Below, in pieces: positions 18,431 through 27,698 of a DNA stretch of 64,000 nt. A program made the translations under genes and the position numbers. Below the pieces are notes generated by a model. The model was given only the letters and a program-made list of their open reading frames with translations. It was not told where the DNA came from and made no database searches. The DNA is taken from positions 32,001-96,000 of the IMG/VR virus record IMGVR_UViG_3300032323_002909; one strand, given 5' to 3'. The DNA is from a virus. Numbering within the stretch: position 1 is the stretch's first letter; each line of letters begins with the position of its first letter.

Positions 18431-21400
18431 TTATCCTATTATTTCAGTTTCAATATAACTACCTGCTAAACAAGTAACAGTTCCAGTTCCCGCATACGCA
18501 TTCCAGTTAAAATTTGTTGTGCCATTAACTAGAGGTTTTAAAATCATTTCGACTTCTATTGTTTGGTTTTGATTAGCTGCAGTATTTGCTATCCCTAGTA
18601 CGCTGAAAGGATTGGCTGATACTAGAATATTGTTAGCAATAATACCACCACTTCTCTTTAACAAAAGCAAACCAAATTCACTATTCACACCGCCAATGCC
18701 AGCAGCTACTTGAGCACCACCAGCACCCACCACTTGTACAAATAACTTGATTCTATATATATTTCCTGTTAAGAGCGGAAGTGTTAATACAGGGTCAATT
18801 TGCCCAGCAAGAGTAGGCGTAGATCCAACAGCACGAACTAAATCTACTGTTCTTATTGCCCGTTGAATGCCAGCTAATGATAGAAATGTATATCCTGTGC
18901 AGTCACTCAGCACACCATTATTAATAGTTGGATTTGTCAACGTTAAATTCGGAGCCAACTTAGCACTCGTTACACTACCATCACTTGGAATCAACTCCCC
19001 GACTTGTAGCGTATTTGTTGGTGCTATTACTACTGCTTTTGCTCCACTTGCTAATGGATCGGTGAATATGATATTTCCAGCACTTAAAGTATAGTCAACG
19101 CTTGGTTCTTGTAATGCACCATCAATAGCAACAATAAGTGCTGATGGATTGGTTAAGCTACCAGCACCAGAAAGTGGAAATGATGAAAGAACACCATTAC
19201 CAGTAATAGTTGTTCGTGTAGGTGTAACTACAGTAGCAACTCTATTGCCATTTGAATAGATATCACCAGCAGACAAGTTTCCAGCACTGACTGTTCCATT
19301 GATAGTAACATCGCCAGTTACATTAAAACCTGATAGTTCGTATTGTTTGATATCAATTACTGTGATATTAGCAGAGAGAGCATCGAGATGGTTAGTAAAG
19401 ATTCTATCAGCAGAAAGTGAACTAACCGAGAGTGTTTTAGTATTACGCCAGACACCACTTAGAGCATCGTATGATAAAACATCACCACCAGATAAGTTAG
19501 TAATTCTTACATTGTGAAGTTCATCGATCTCATAACCATTATCAACCTTAACAAAGATCTTACCTTCGTTTTGATGAGCATATACAACAAAACCAACAAC
19601 TACTGTATGATTAGGTGCTTGTGGTTTGATATTAGTGAGTCTACCAGCAGTGAATGGTGATAGGAATAATACATCACCATCGATCCATGTTTCACCTTGA
19701 AGGCTACCAGTAGTGTTAATTTTACGAACAAGACCGCTTGTTGTAACGAAGCCTTCTTCATTTCTTACAATAGTTTCTGTTACCAGTCCAAGTGTATCAA
19801 CACTATTCGGGTCATTATTTGCTTGTGCTAATACAACTGCTAGTCTCTGACCTTGAGCACCTCCTTCAGCAGTAGATCTAATTCTTACTACACTATACTG
19901 TGATTCTAGTAAATCAGAAGCAGTTTTATTAACAACTCTAGCAATAGACTCCTGACCGAGTTGAAGCGTAACATTTCCACCCTTTAATCCAAGATCAAGA
20001 GTACCATCCGTATCATTCCATGTAAGTCTACCAGGTCTTGATGATAGTGCTGTATTGGTAGTGAACTGGATACTTTCAACATTTAAGTCGCCACCTGAAA
20101 CTCTACCACCACTTAAAGCTGTGATTGAGCCATTAACAATCAAGTTGCCGTTCATGGTTCCTCCATCTTGGTATTGAGTAGCGTTTGTTCCACCGCCACT
20201 AGCATATACCGCAACGTATCGTCTTAAATCCGTTTTATAATTTTCAAATTTATCATGGATTTTTTTATTCCATTCTTTTTCAATAGCATCCCAATCTTTT
20301 ACAATTTTTTCTTTATTTTTAGATTCTATTATATATTCAACAGGTTTTTCATTTTTAAGCTGTCGAATTTCTGCTAATAAATTATCTCTACTTTCTTGAA
20401 ATAAATTTTGAAAATATGAACGTGCTTCGTCGGTAATATCTAAAGTTTCTTCTTTGATATTTTGTATTTTATCATCGAAATAGCCAATTACTTCTTGCTC
20501 GGTTTCAGCAATTTTCTTTTCTAAATTTTCATTTATTTCGATAATTTTCTTATCTACATTACCAACTCTAGATAGAGCTTTTTGAACACCTTTATTAATG
20601 GTGTTGTTCAATTCTATATTAGAATCTCTAATAGTATCAATTTCTCTATTGACTTGCTCAAGTAAAGATATATCAGCTTTTTTATCTAATTTTTTATTTA
20701 AATTTTTATCAATTGTTGATACTTTATCAACAACATCAGATGCAATACTACCAAGTTTTTCTTCTAACTTGTGGGTTATATTCTTTTCGTAAAGTTCTTT
20801 TACTAATTTTTTAATCGTAGTATCAAATAATTTGGAAGAATCCTCAAAATTATTTTTTAATGATTCTCTTAAAGAATTACTAATATCTTGAATTTTGAGA
20901 TCGATTCCATCACGAATCTCTTTAAATCTATCATCATTTTCAAAAATAATATCTTTTTTAATTTTATTTGAAATCTTGATAAATTCTTCAACTAAATTTT
21001 CACGAGATTCACTTAATACTTTTTGAAGCGCTTTCTGTCGTCTGACACTTTCATTTTTAATATCTTGAATTTTTTTTAATTTATTCTTTTCTAAAATTTC
21101 TAAAGACTTCTTAGTAGCGTCTTTTTTAATTTTATTAATCTCTTCGATGATTTGTTGTTTTTTATTATCTACTACATCATCATTTTTTATTGAAAATGAT
21201 TCTTCGATTGTAGTGATTATTTCATCCTCCTCTACATTTTCTTCAATTTTGTCTAAAATGGAAGAGGGATCGGAACTCGGATTAAAATATATTTCTTGTT
21301 TCCCTTTTATAAGGACAAAGGGATGTTCAGCAGAAAGATCATCGTTTTCAACGATAATAGAAACAATCGGGTTTCCATTGTCTTCGGAAACCTTCTCTGC

Positions 21401-21529
21401 TACATATTTTCTACCGTTTATCTCGACCTCATAAACACCGAAGAAAATTTCATCAAAATTTTCAACTTGTAAGATGTTGAGAGGGGAGTTAGACGAGGTA
21501 TAATTGACCTCTTCGCTAAACAATCTCAT
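18431..21529 (-). CDS. long coiled-coil plus fibre protein (fibritin/whisker- or tail fibre-like)
   Basis: About 440 aa E/K-rich coiled coil, a GGGT hinge, then beta-fibre domains (WNDTDGTL, ELHNV, VAIDGALQEP..DYT). Confidence 0.65.
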   Translation of the reverse strand: MRLFSEEVNYTSSNSPLNILQVENFDEIFFGVYEVEINGRKYVAEKVSEDNGNPIVSIIVENDDLSAEHPFVLIKGKQEIYFNPSSDPSSILDKIEENVEEDEIITTIEESFSIKNDDVVDNKKQQIIEEINKIKKDATKKSLEILEKNKLKKIQDIKNESVRRQKALQKVLSESRENLVEEFIKISNKIKKDIIFENDDRFKEIRDGIDLKIQDISNSLRESLKNNFEDSSKLFDTTIKKLVKELYEKNITHKLEEKLGSIASDVVDKVSTIDKNLNKKLDKKADISLLEQVNREIDTIRDSNIELNNTINKGVQKALSRVGNVDKKIIEINENLEKKIAETEQEVIGYFDDKIQNIKEETLDITDEARSYFQNLFQESRDNLLAEIRQLKNEKPVEYIIESKNKEKIVKDWDAIEKEWNKKIHDKFENYKTDLRRYVAVYASGGGTNATQYQDGGTMNGNLIVNGSITALSGGRVSGGDLNVESIQFTTNTALSSRPGRLTWNDTDGTLDLGLKGGNVTLQLGQESIARVVNKTASDLLESQYSVVRIRSTAEGGAQGQRLAVVLAQANNDPNSVDTLGLVTETIVRNEEGFVTTSGLVRKINTTGSLQGETWIDGDVLFLSPFTAGRLTNIKPQAPNHTVVVGFVVYAHQNEGKIFVKVDNGYEIDELHNVRITNLSGGDVLSYDALSGVWRNTKTLSVSSLSADRIFTNHLDALSANITVIDIKQYELSGFNVTGDVTINGTVSAGNLSAGDIYSNGNRVATVVTPTRTTITGNGVLSSFPLSGAGSLTNPSALIVAIDGALQEPSVDYTLSAGNIIFTDPLASGAKAVVIAPTNTLQVGELIPSDGSVTSAKLAPNLTLTNPTINNGVLSDCTGYTFLSLAGIQRAIRTVDLVRAVGSTPTLAGQIDPVLTLPLLTGNIYRIKLFVQVVGAGGAQVAAGIGGVNSEFGLLLLKRSGGIIANNILVSANPFSVLGIANTAANQNQTIEVEMILKPLVNGTTNFNWNAYAGTGTVTCLAGSYIETEIIG

Positions 21530-21567
21530 CTGTAATATTTAGTAAAATGATACGAATGTCAAGTAAT

Positions 21568-22530
21568 TTATCTTTTCATATCGGTATATTCTTTTCGACT
21601 CAACGGTATATATTCTATAACATCACCATGTTTGAAACAATGTTTACTATTCGACTGTCTTTTTGTCGTATGGGTATATACTTTTTTTAGTTTATATAAA
21701 AACAAAGATGATGCGTTAGTTTTATTTATGAACTCTGATTCATTTAAATAAATATCATAAAATATTCCATTAACAAGCAGTTTGAAGGGTTTTGATATAG
21801 GATATATGTAATCATCTCCTTTAATATCTTTCAATTTTTTATTTTTTCGTGGATGTTGATAATCCTTTGAATATATTTCATTAAATTTTTTACCTTTTCT
21901 AGGGTCAACATAGTTTGGATTGTTGGTTCTTTCTTGTATAGTTTTTCCTTTTTGTTTCTCGGATTGTCTCGCGAACGATGCAAGTTCTTTTTCGGTAAAT
22001 CCGATGGTGACAATTCGTTCGCGTTTATTCGCCGCTCTATTAAGTTCTTTATCGGTGAATAACCTCATCTTCAACCTATTTCTAAAGTTGTCTTTGCCTT
22101 TTTTTCTATTTTCGGGAGTATTCATAGCGGCAACACCTTTAATCCTCGCTATTTTTTCAGCATCGGATAGCCCATATTTAGCAATTCTTTCTTTTATAGA
22201 ATTTGCGCGTTTTATTTTAGCAGTATGTGTTCTAAATCTAGAAGTATCTATATTAGCATCTTCGATTATTAAATTCGCAAACTCGTCAGATTCCACAATA
22301 TTCCACATGGTCGAATACTTTTTACCCTCTTCTGATATCACCATTCTATCGTCCGATTCTTTCAATATTATCGTGTGAATATTTTTACCATATTTAGCAA
22401 TATGTTTTTTCCAAAGTAATCCCGATCCATTATATTTAAAACAAGACAACTTTTCGCCAAAATGATAGCACAGGTATTTCAAACCAGTAATTTCATGCTG
22501 TTTTAATAACAAATAGTGTTTTTTACTCAT
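21568..22530 (-). CDS. putative homing endonuclease (divergent GIY-YIG)
   Basis: HYLLLKQHEITGLKYL..YNGSG..WKKHIAKYG..WNIVES.EFANL; basic repeat C-terminus similar to that of 7672..8475. Confidence 0.75.
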   Translation of the reverse strand: MSKKHYLLLKQHEITGLKYLCYHFGEKLSCFKYNGSGLLWKKHIAKYGKNIHTIILKESDDRMVISEEGKKYSTMWNIVESDEFANLIIEDANIDTSRFRTHTAKIKRANSIKERIAKYGLSDAEKIARIKGVAAMNTPENRKKGKDNFRNRLKMRLFTDKELNRAANKRERIVTIGFTEKELASFARQSEKQKGKTIQERTNNPNYVDPRKGKKFNEIYSKDYQHPRKNKKLKDIKGDDYIYPISKPFKLLVNGIFYDIYLNESEFINKTNASSLFLYKLKKVYTHTTKRQSNSKHCFKHGDVIEYIPLSRKEYTDMKR

Positions 22531-22568
22531 TTATATATTTAATGAGTAAAGGTGAATTTGAAAATTAC

Positions 22569-23711
22569 TCAACTTACTAACATAAGCGGTGGATCATAGT
22601 CACCGAAGCCACCATCCATCAACAATTCTTCCAAAGTCTTTTTCTCCTCGATACCCTCAGACAATATCGTTTCACCATTTAAAGTGCCTCCACCTGGTAA
22701 AGATACCCCTGTAATTTTAGTGAGAATACGACCCCACATTACCTTTGACAGTGCGGTGGCGTATTCCAAAACCCATTTTTCTTTGATCAAATCTCTCAAT
22801 GGTTTTTCAACATAACATGTCAAGAGACCATAGAATTGCGTATTTCTTGGTTGAGGAATCAAGCGTAAATATTGCGTTCTCGAATCAAAATAAATATCCC
22901 TACGAGTAGCAAACATTTTTTCTCTCGTATCGATCCAATCTTTTACTGTGTGCCAAGACAGAATATCAAAACCATAATTACCCAGAGAATAAGCATGGAA
23001 AGATTGTTGTGCCATTGTTTGTTCTACGGAGAATAGAGTGTTGACACCAGTTGTTGAACCTTCTTCAAACGCGATAACATCGATTACTTTACGATAATCC
23101 ATAACATCATAATCAAACATATTATTGAATGCTGTGACATCTTCTTGCGGCTCACACTGCACTGTAAAAGGTTTTTGATAAGATTCTTTGAAATAAACAC
23201 TCAAAGATGGGTTGAAATCAATTAATAAATCATAGGTTGTTTTGTCTATGATTTCCATTGTTGTTATACCTTCTGATGGCACAACCGAACTCAACGAAGA
23301 CGAAGCACTAAAATAAGAATTGGGTATCGTGGACAGAGAAATATACAACGATTCAGGTCTTTTGATTTCAAAATCTGGTTGTGGTCCTTGTCTTTTATTT
23401 TGTAATTTTTCAGATGGAGTGTAACCAGAATTTGCTACCGTGAATAATGTGTCTAATCTGATGCCTCCGTTTTTATCATAAATTCTACTATCAAAAATCA
23501 AATATTCTTTTGAATAACCAGCATATTTGGTATACATATCTAGAGCCATCGATATAGCTTCGTGCAATTGGTCGTAGTGCAACTCAACATTAATCATTGG
23601 ATGTCCCAACATTCTAAGGATTCTTTCACCCAATCTCTGATAACATTCTATTTTAGAATTCAGATTGGTTGACATGAAAGCTGAAATTGGCTCTATTTGG
23701 CATAAACTCAT
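22569..23711 (-). CDS. gp13: neck protein
   Basis: ILRMLGHPMINVEL..Q, WVLEYATALSKVMWGRILTK..LPGGGTLNG; start moved to ATG 23711, after TAAATA. Confidence 0.9.
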   Translation of the reverse strand: MSLCQIEPISAFMSTNLNSKIECYQRLGERILRMLGHPMINVELHYDQLHEAISMALDMYTKYAGYSKEYLIFDSRIYDKNGGIRLDTLFTVANSGYTPSEKLQNKRQGPQPDFEIKRPESLYISLSTIPNSYFSASSSLSSVVPSEGITTMEIIDKTTYDLLIDFNPSLSVYFKESYQKPFTVQCEPQEDVTAFNNMFDYDVMDYRKVIDVIAFEEGSTTGVNTLFSVEQTMAQQSFHAYSLGNYGFDILSWHTVKDWIDTREKMFATRRDIYFDSRTQYLRLIPQPRNTQFYGLLTCYVEKPLRDLIKEKWVLEYATALSKVMWGRILTKITGVSLPGGGTLNGETILSEGIEEKKTLEELLMDGGFGDYDPPLMLVS

Positions 23712-23752
23712 ACCATTATTTAGTGAAAATATCAAAATGGATAAATAATAGT

Positions 23753-24049
23753 ATGTCTTTTGAATCTAATAACGGCACAACTTATTTGAAATTATCTTGT
23801 GGTATTCCCTCTGAGGTAGGTTGGAGTTTGTCCGCGAATAACGGAACAAAATATTTATATCTTTCGGCGAATGATTTTATTCTTTGGGGTCAAAGCACTG
23901 TGTTTATTCATCCATCATCAAATAATACCAATAATTATTATTTTTTAGTTTGTCAAAGACCCACTGATACTACTTGGTCGCCGTTATCCAATAACAGTAC
24001 AAAATTTTATTACAATTCTGCTTATAATTGTATTACTTTCTGTGCTTAA
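23753..24049 (+). CDS. small late protein with internal NN(G/S/T)T-type repeats
   Basis: GATAAATA-ATAGT-ATG start; SNNGTTY, ANNGTKY, SNNTNNY, SNNSTKF. Confidence 0.65.
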   Translation: MSFESNNGTTYLKLSCGIPSEVGWSLSANNGTKYLYLSANDFILWGQSTVFIHPSSNNTNNYYFLVCQRPTDTTWSPLSNNSTKFYYNSAYNCITFCA

Positions 24050-24053
24050 ATTT

Positions 24054-24061
24054 TATAAATA
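24054..24061 (+). promoter_or_regulatory. T4-type late promoter TATAAATA
   Basis: Exact consensus 5 nt before ATG 24067. Confidence 0.75.
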
Positions 24062-24066
24062 ATAAC

Positions 24067-24741
24067 ATGAGTTTTTGGAAATTAATAACAGAAAATATTG
24101 AAGCAGTTGCAGGTATTTTCGGGGTCATAACCAGCATTATGGTATTTTTGATTAAAGGTAAAAAATATATTATCGAAAAATATAAAAAACATAAAGAATA
24201 TTCCAAATCCAAATATTTGATTCCTGAAACTCTACAAGAAATAAAACAGTGTGTCATCAGTCTAGATGATCGTGTTAAGAGAGTAGAATACGAAATTTCT
24301 CCGAATAGTGGTGGTTCCATGAAGGATTCCATGAATATTGTAAAGGCTGAAATTGAAGCTATGTTCTGGTTGAATCCAAAACCGTCATTTCGTACAACAT
24401 CTAAAGGAATGAATATTCAAGTAAATGAATCATATTGTCATTTATGCTCAACGTCTTCCGAAGAACTGTTGAAGCAAAATTGGAAAAATTTTATAGAAGA
24501 TGAAGAACAATTGGATGACTTCATGAGACGGTGGGAATATTCTTCAAACAGCATGTCTCAATATTCTGGTAAATTAAAATTTAAAAATTTTAGAAATGAA
24601 AGCTTGGGCGAATGGATTATAAAAATTAGACCATTGGGACCAATAGAAGGCGGTAAAGATTATCTATGGCATGGTTCAATATTACCATCCGACGATACCG
24701 CTAAAGAGTATGCTAAAAGCTACAATATACCGTATCATTAA
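24067..24741 (+). CDS. membrane-anchored PAS-domain protein
   Basis: N-terminal TM (AVAGIFGVITSIMVFLI), coiled coil ending PNSGGSMKD, then PAS-like G..IQVNESYCHL....EELL.QNW.NFI. Confidence 0.65.
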   Translation: MSFWKLITENIEAVAGIFGVITSIMVFLIKGKKYIIEKYKKHKEYSKSKYLIPETLQEIKQCVISLDDRVKRVEYEISPNSGGSMKDSMNIVKAEIEAMFWLNPKPSFRTTSKGMNIQVNESYCHLCSTSSEELLKQNWKNFIEDEEQLDDFMRRWEYSSNSMSQYSGKLKFKNFRNESLGEWIIKIRPLGPIEGGKDYLWHGSILPSDDTAKEYAKSYNIPYH

Positions 24742-26562
24742 TTATCCAGGAGCGGTTTCACCAGCAGGTGCTTCGGGCGTTTCAGCGGGTTCTGTTTCAG
24801 CACCAACATCAGTACCTTCTTCACCACCAAGTGTAGCACCAGAGCCACTAAAATCAGGAGGCATTCCACCGCCACCCATGCTGCCACCCATTTCGCCTCC
24901 ACCCATTTCACCGCCACTTTCAGCGGATTGAGCAAGCATTTCTTTCCAATTCGGACCGCTAGATTTAATCTGTTCGATTTCGAACATGAATTCGGCTTCG
25001 TTTCGTAAAAAGTGACGATTTGCCAAGATATCAGAATCTTTCCAATCTAGATATTTTTTCATGGCAAATGTGGTCGATACTAATTCGTTGTTTGATATAT
25101 TATTAAATGTGTCTATTTTGAGATTAAGCTTTTGACTTTCTCTCATATCATAGAAATTAGTAGGAACATTGAATTCTATTCTAAGATTATCATCGAATAG
25201 ATCATTTTCATCAAACATTTCTTTGAATTTTAAATGAGTAATAAATGCTCGTTTAATACCTTGAGCAAATCTTTGTTGTTGACGAATAATCATTTTCGCA
25301 AATTTTAATTCTTCACGAAGCATTTCTGTGCCGTCACTATAACCTGTCTCATTGTTCAAACGAGAAGTTGGAGTTTTCAAAGAACGATAAAGCTTTTTAA
25401 TAAACCAATCTAAAACATCAAGATTTCCATCTGATGGTTGACCACCAAATGTTTCGACTGATGTTCCTTCCTGTCCTTGCCTTTTAGCAAACCAAAAGGA
25501 ATCCAAGGTGGATTGTGGTGCATATTTCTTAACAATGTCTCCTTGGTCGATATCAAAAGTCTTAGTTGACCAATATTGGGATTGTAGCTTGCGTAGGTAT
25601 GCTTCTGCCTGTGGGACTGGCAACTTACCCACATCCACGTTAAATAAGAAACGCAACGGCGCATGTACCATTCTATGGATAACCACAGAATCTTCGATCA
25701 TCGATAATTGCCTGTATGCTCGTCGGCAATTCTCGACAAATGGAATTATAAAATCTTTGGTCTCATTATATTGACCACTGTTGATATAGAGAATCTGATT
25801 CTTTTCGAAAGGAATATATTCATATTTTTCAACTTTTCTATTATCAACAGCTGAAAATATTGGCTTTTTATAAATAAAAGCTTTGACCAACATAGTTTGA
25901 ATGTTGTCATATACTGGGTCGAATTGATCAGCGGGTAGATTTTTGACAGCAACTACGCCTTGTTTGATATAATCATCTTTCAGAATCAACTCGAAAAATA
26001 ATTCACCTTCAATTAAAAATTGTCGAAAATAATGCCACCCATTATCTTCCAGTTCCAACATCGCCACAAATTTGGAAAATTCTTTTTGTAGCTCTTCTTT
26101 TTTCTCCGAATCTAATTCAGCGTTTTTAAACTTAAGTGTTACAATTTCACCATTTTCATCGACATTAATAGTTTCGTCACAGATTTCATCTAATGCATCA
26201 GAAACTTCCGAGAACGCTGCGATCATTCTATAATCTCTCAAGCGACCAGGTTTTTCCTCTGATGCTTGGGAATACATCAAGTCAGTAAAAGTTTTATCCT
26301 GATAAATCGCAGAAAACGCAGTGTTGTTCCAATCATTATTAAGCGCTACAGAGTTTCTTGCTATAGCTTCGGGTTTACGCATCCCGATTTTTTGGAAATG
26401 CTTATATTTAGCATTTTTAGTTTCGTCTATATTTTGTTCAGCATAACCATTACGATTTTTCAAATAAGACTGAACATTTCTGTCGAATGTAGATCCCCGT
26501 CCATCACTTCCGACGAATGATCTATTTTGAGATTGTGTAGATGAACTATCTGCTCCAGCCAT
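24742..26562 (-). CDS. gp20: portal vertex protein
   Basis: YRMIA..EVSDALDEI, QLSMIEDSVVIHR..AP.R..F.VDVG.LP..AEAYL, FWFAKR, LYRSLK.P.SRL, REELKFAK. Confidence 0.95.
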   Translation of the reverse strand: MAGADSSSTQSQNRSFVGSDGRGSTFDRNVQSYLKNRNGYAEQNIDETKNAKYKHFQKIGMRKPEAIARNSVALNNDWNNTAFSAIYQDKTFTDLMYSQASEEKPGRLRDYRMIAAFSEVSDALDEICDETINVDENGEIVTLKFKNAELDSEKKEELQKEFSKFVAMLELEDNGWHYFRQFLIEGELFFELILKDDYIKQGVVAVKNLPADQFDPVYDNIQTMLVKAFIYKKPIFSAVDNRKVEKYEYIPFEKNQILYINSGQYNETKDFIIPFVENCRRAYRQLSMIEDSVVIHRMVHAPLRFLFNVDVGKLPVPQAEAYLRKLQSQYWSTKTFDIDQGDIVKKYAPQSTLDSFWFAKRQGQEGTSVETFGGQPSDGNLDVLDWFIKKLYRSLKTPTSRLNNETGYSDGTEMLREELKFAKMIIRQQQRFAQGIKRAFITHLKFKEMFDENDLFDDNLRIEFNVPTNFYDMRESQKLNLKIDTFNNISNNELVSTTFAMKKYLDWKDSDILANRHFLRNEAEFMFEIEQIKSSGPNWKEMLAQSAESGGEMGGGEMGGSMGGGGMPPDFSGSGATLGGEEGTDVGAETEPAETPEAPAGETAPG

Positions 26563-26592
26563 ATTTATTATTTAAGGACAATTACTAATATT

Positions 26593-27675
26593 TCAATAAG
26601 AACTTACCCATGCAACTTCATTCGCAGTGATAAATACAGCATTTCCATTAAAATTGTTAAAATAGTCAGCACTGAGTGATATGGATGCCACATTATTATC
26701 TATTGTAGTGATCACATTATCAGGTAATTTGTAAGCAGATATGGTAGGGGACTTCACAGTATCGATTTCAACATAATTTAATTCAGGTATTGACGTGTTA
26801 GCACTCAGATACCATGTATTATTATAATTTAGATTTTTACCATAAAATGTAAAAAATTTATCATTCAAATCTGAAACCACTAATGGACTTTCCCGAGGAT
26901 TACCATTTATAAAATAATTAGTTAAATCTGGATAAGCACCCACTGAAAGTGATTCAGTCTGAACACCGATTGCGCTGATAGAATCAAATAGATTATAATC
27001 ACAAAATCTGTCACTGACTGGAAGTGCATGAAAGTCTGCATTTATTTTATAAATCGGAGATTGTTTAGGATTATCATAGTTTTTGAATAACCAACCCTTG
27101 ATAGTAAAGTTTGTTTCGGCAGAAATTCTCCATTTTACATCTGGTGATAGATCTTTTGGATTATTGTAACTTATATTACCAGACCATTGAATTTCAGAAC
27201 GGATTTCGTCTAAAAATGGTAAATTAAATTTTTCGGGGAATTTCCAAGATACTATAATATACGGATTACAATTTACCACGAAATTTTGAATAATTTGATC
27301 TAGATCTTCTTTGAAATAACAAATTATATTAACGTTCAATTCTAAATTAACTGGTATGGGAGTCGGTATTTTCACTAACCCATTATTAACATCTAGTTGT
27401 TTTCGATATAAAAATTGATCTTTGTTTTGTATACGATTTGCGTCTCTACTGAGACTTGTTTGTTCTATAGTAACAACAGGAAGTGATAGAGTTTTGGCTC
27501 TATCACTCAAGTCTTGAAGCACTCTATGCTTCGGTCCGTGGACGTATCTTACCTCTATTTTTTCTTTTTCAACTCTAGTTCTCGCATCATATCGATACAG
27601 AAAAGCATCATCAAAAGCAGATACGAAGAGATTAAGGAGTTGAGAGTTTTCAAAAAAGTATGAGTAATCGTTCAC
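26593..27675 (-). CDS. gp15: tail terminator/sheath stabiliser with C-terminal extension
   Basis: F.SAFDD, V.Y..GPK, LSLP, P.PVNL..N..I, QIIQN, FTIKGWLF. Confidence 0.8.
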   Translation of the reverse strand: MNDYSYFFENSQLLNLFVSAFDDAFLYRYDARTRVEKEKIEVRYVHGPKHRVLQDLSDRAKTLSLPVVTIEQTSLSRDANRIQNKDQFLYRKQLDVNNGLVKIPTPIPVNLELNVNIICYFKEDLDQIIQNFVVNCNPYIIVSWKFPEKFNLPFLDEIRSEIQWSGNISYNNPKDLSPDVKWRISAETNFTIKGWLFKNYDNPKQSPIYKINADFHALPVSDRFCDYNLFDSISAIGVQTESLSVGAYPDLTNYFINGNPRESPLVVSDLNDKFFTFYGKNLNYNNTWYLSANTSIPELNYVEIDTVKSPTISAYKLPDNVITTIDNNVASISLSADYFNNFNGNAVFITANEVAWVSSY

Positions 27676-27698
27676 ATAACTATTTAGTCGTATGTTGA

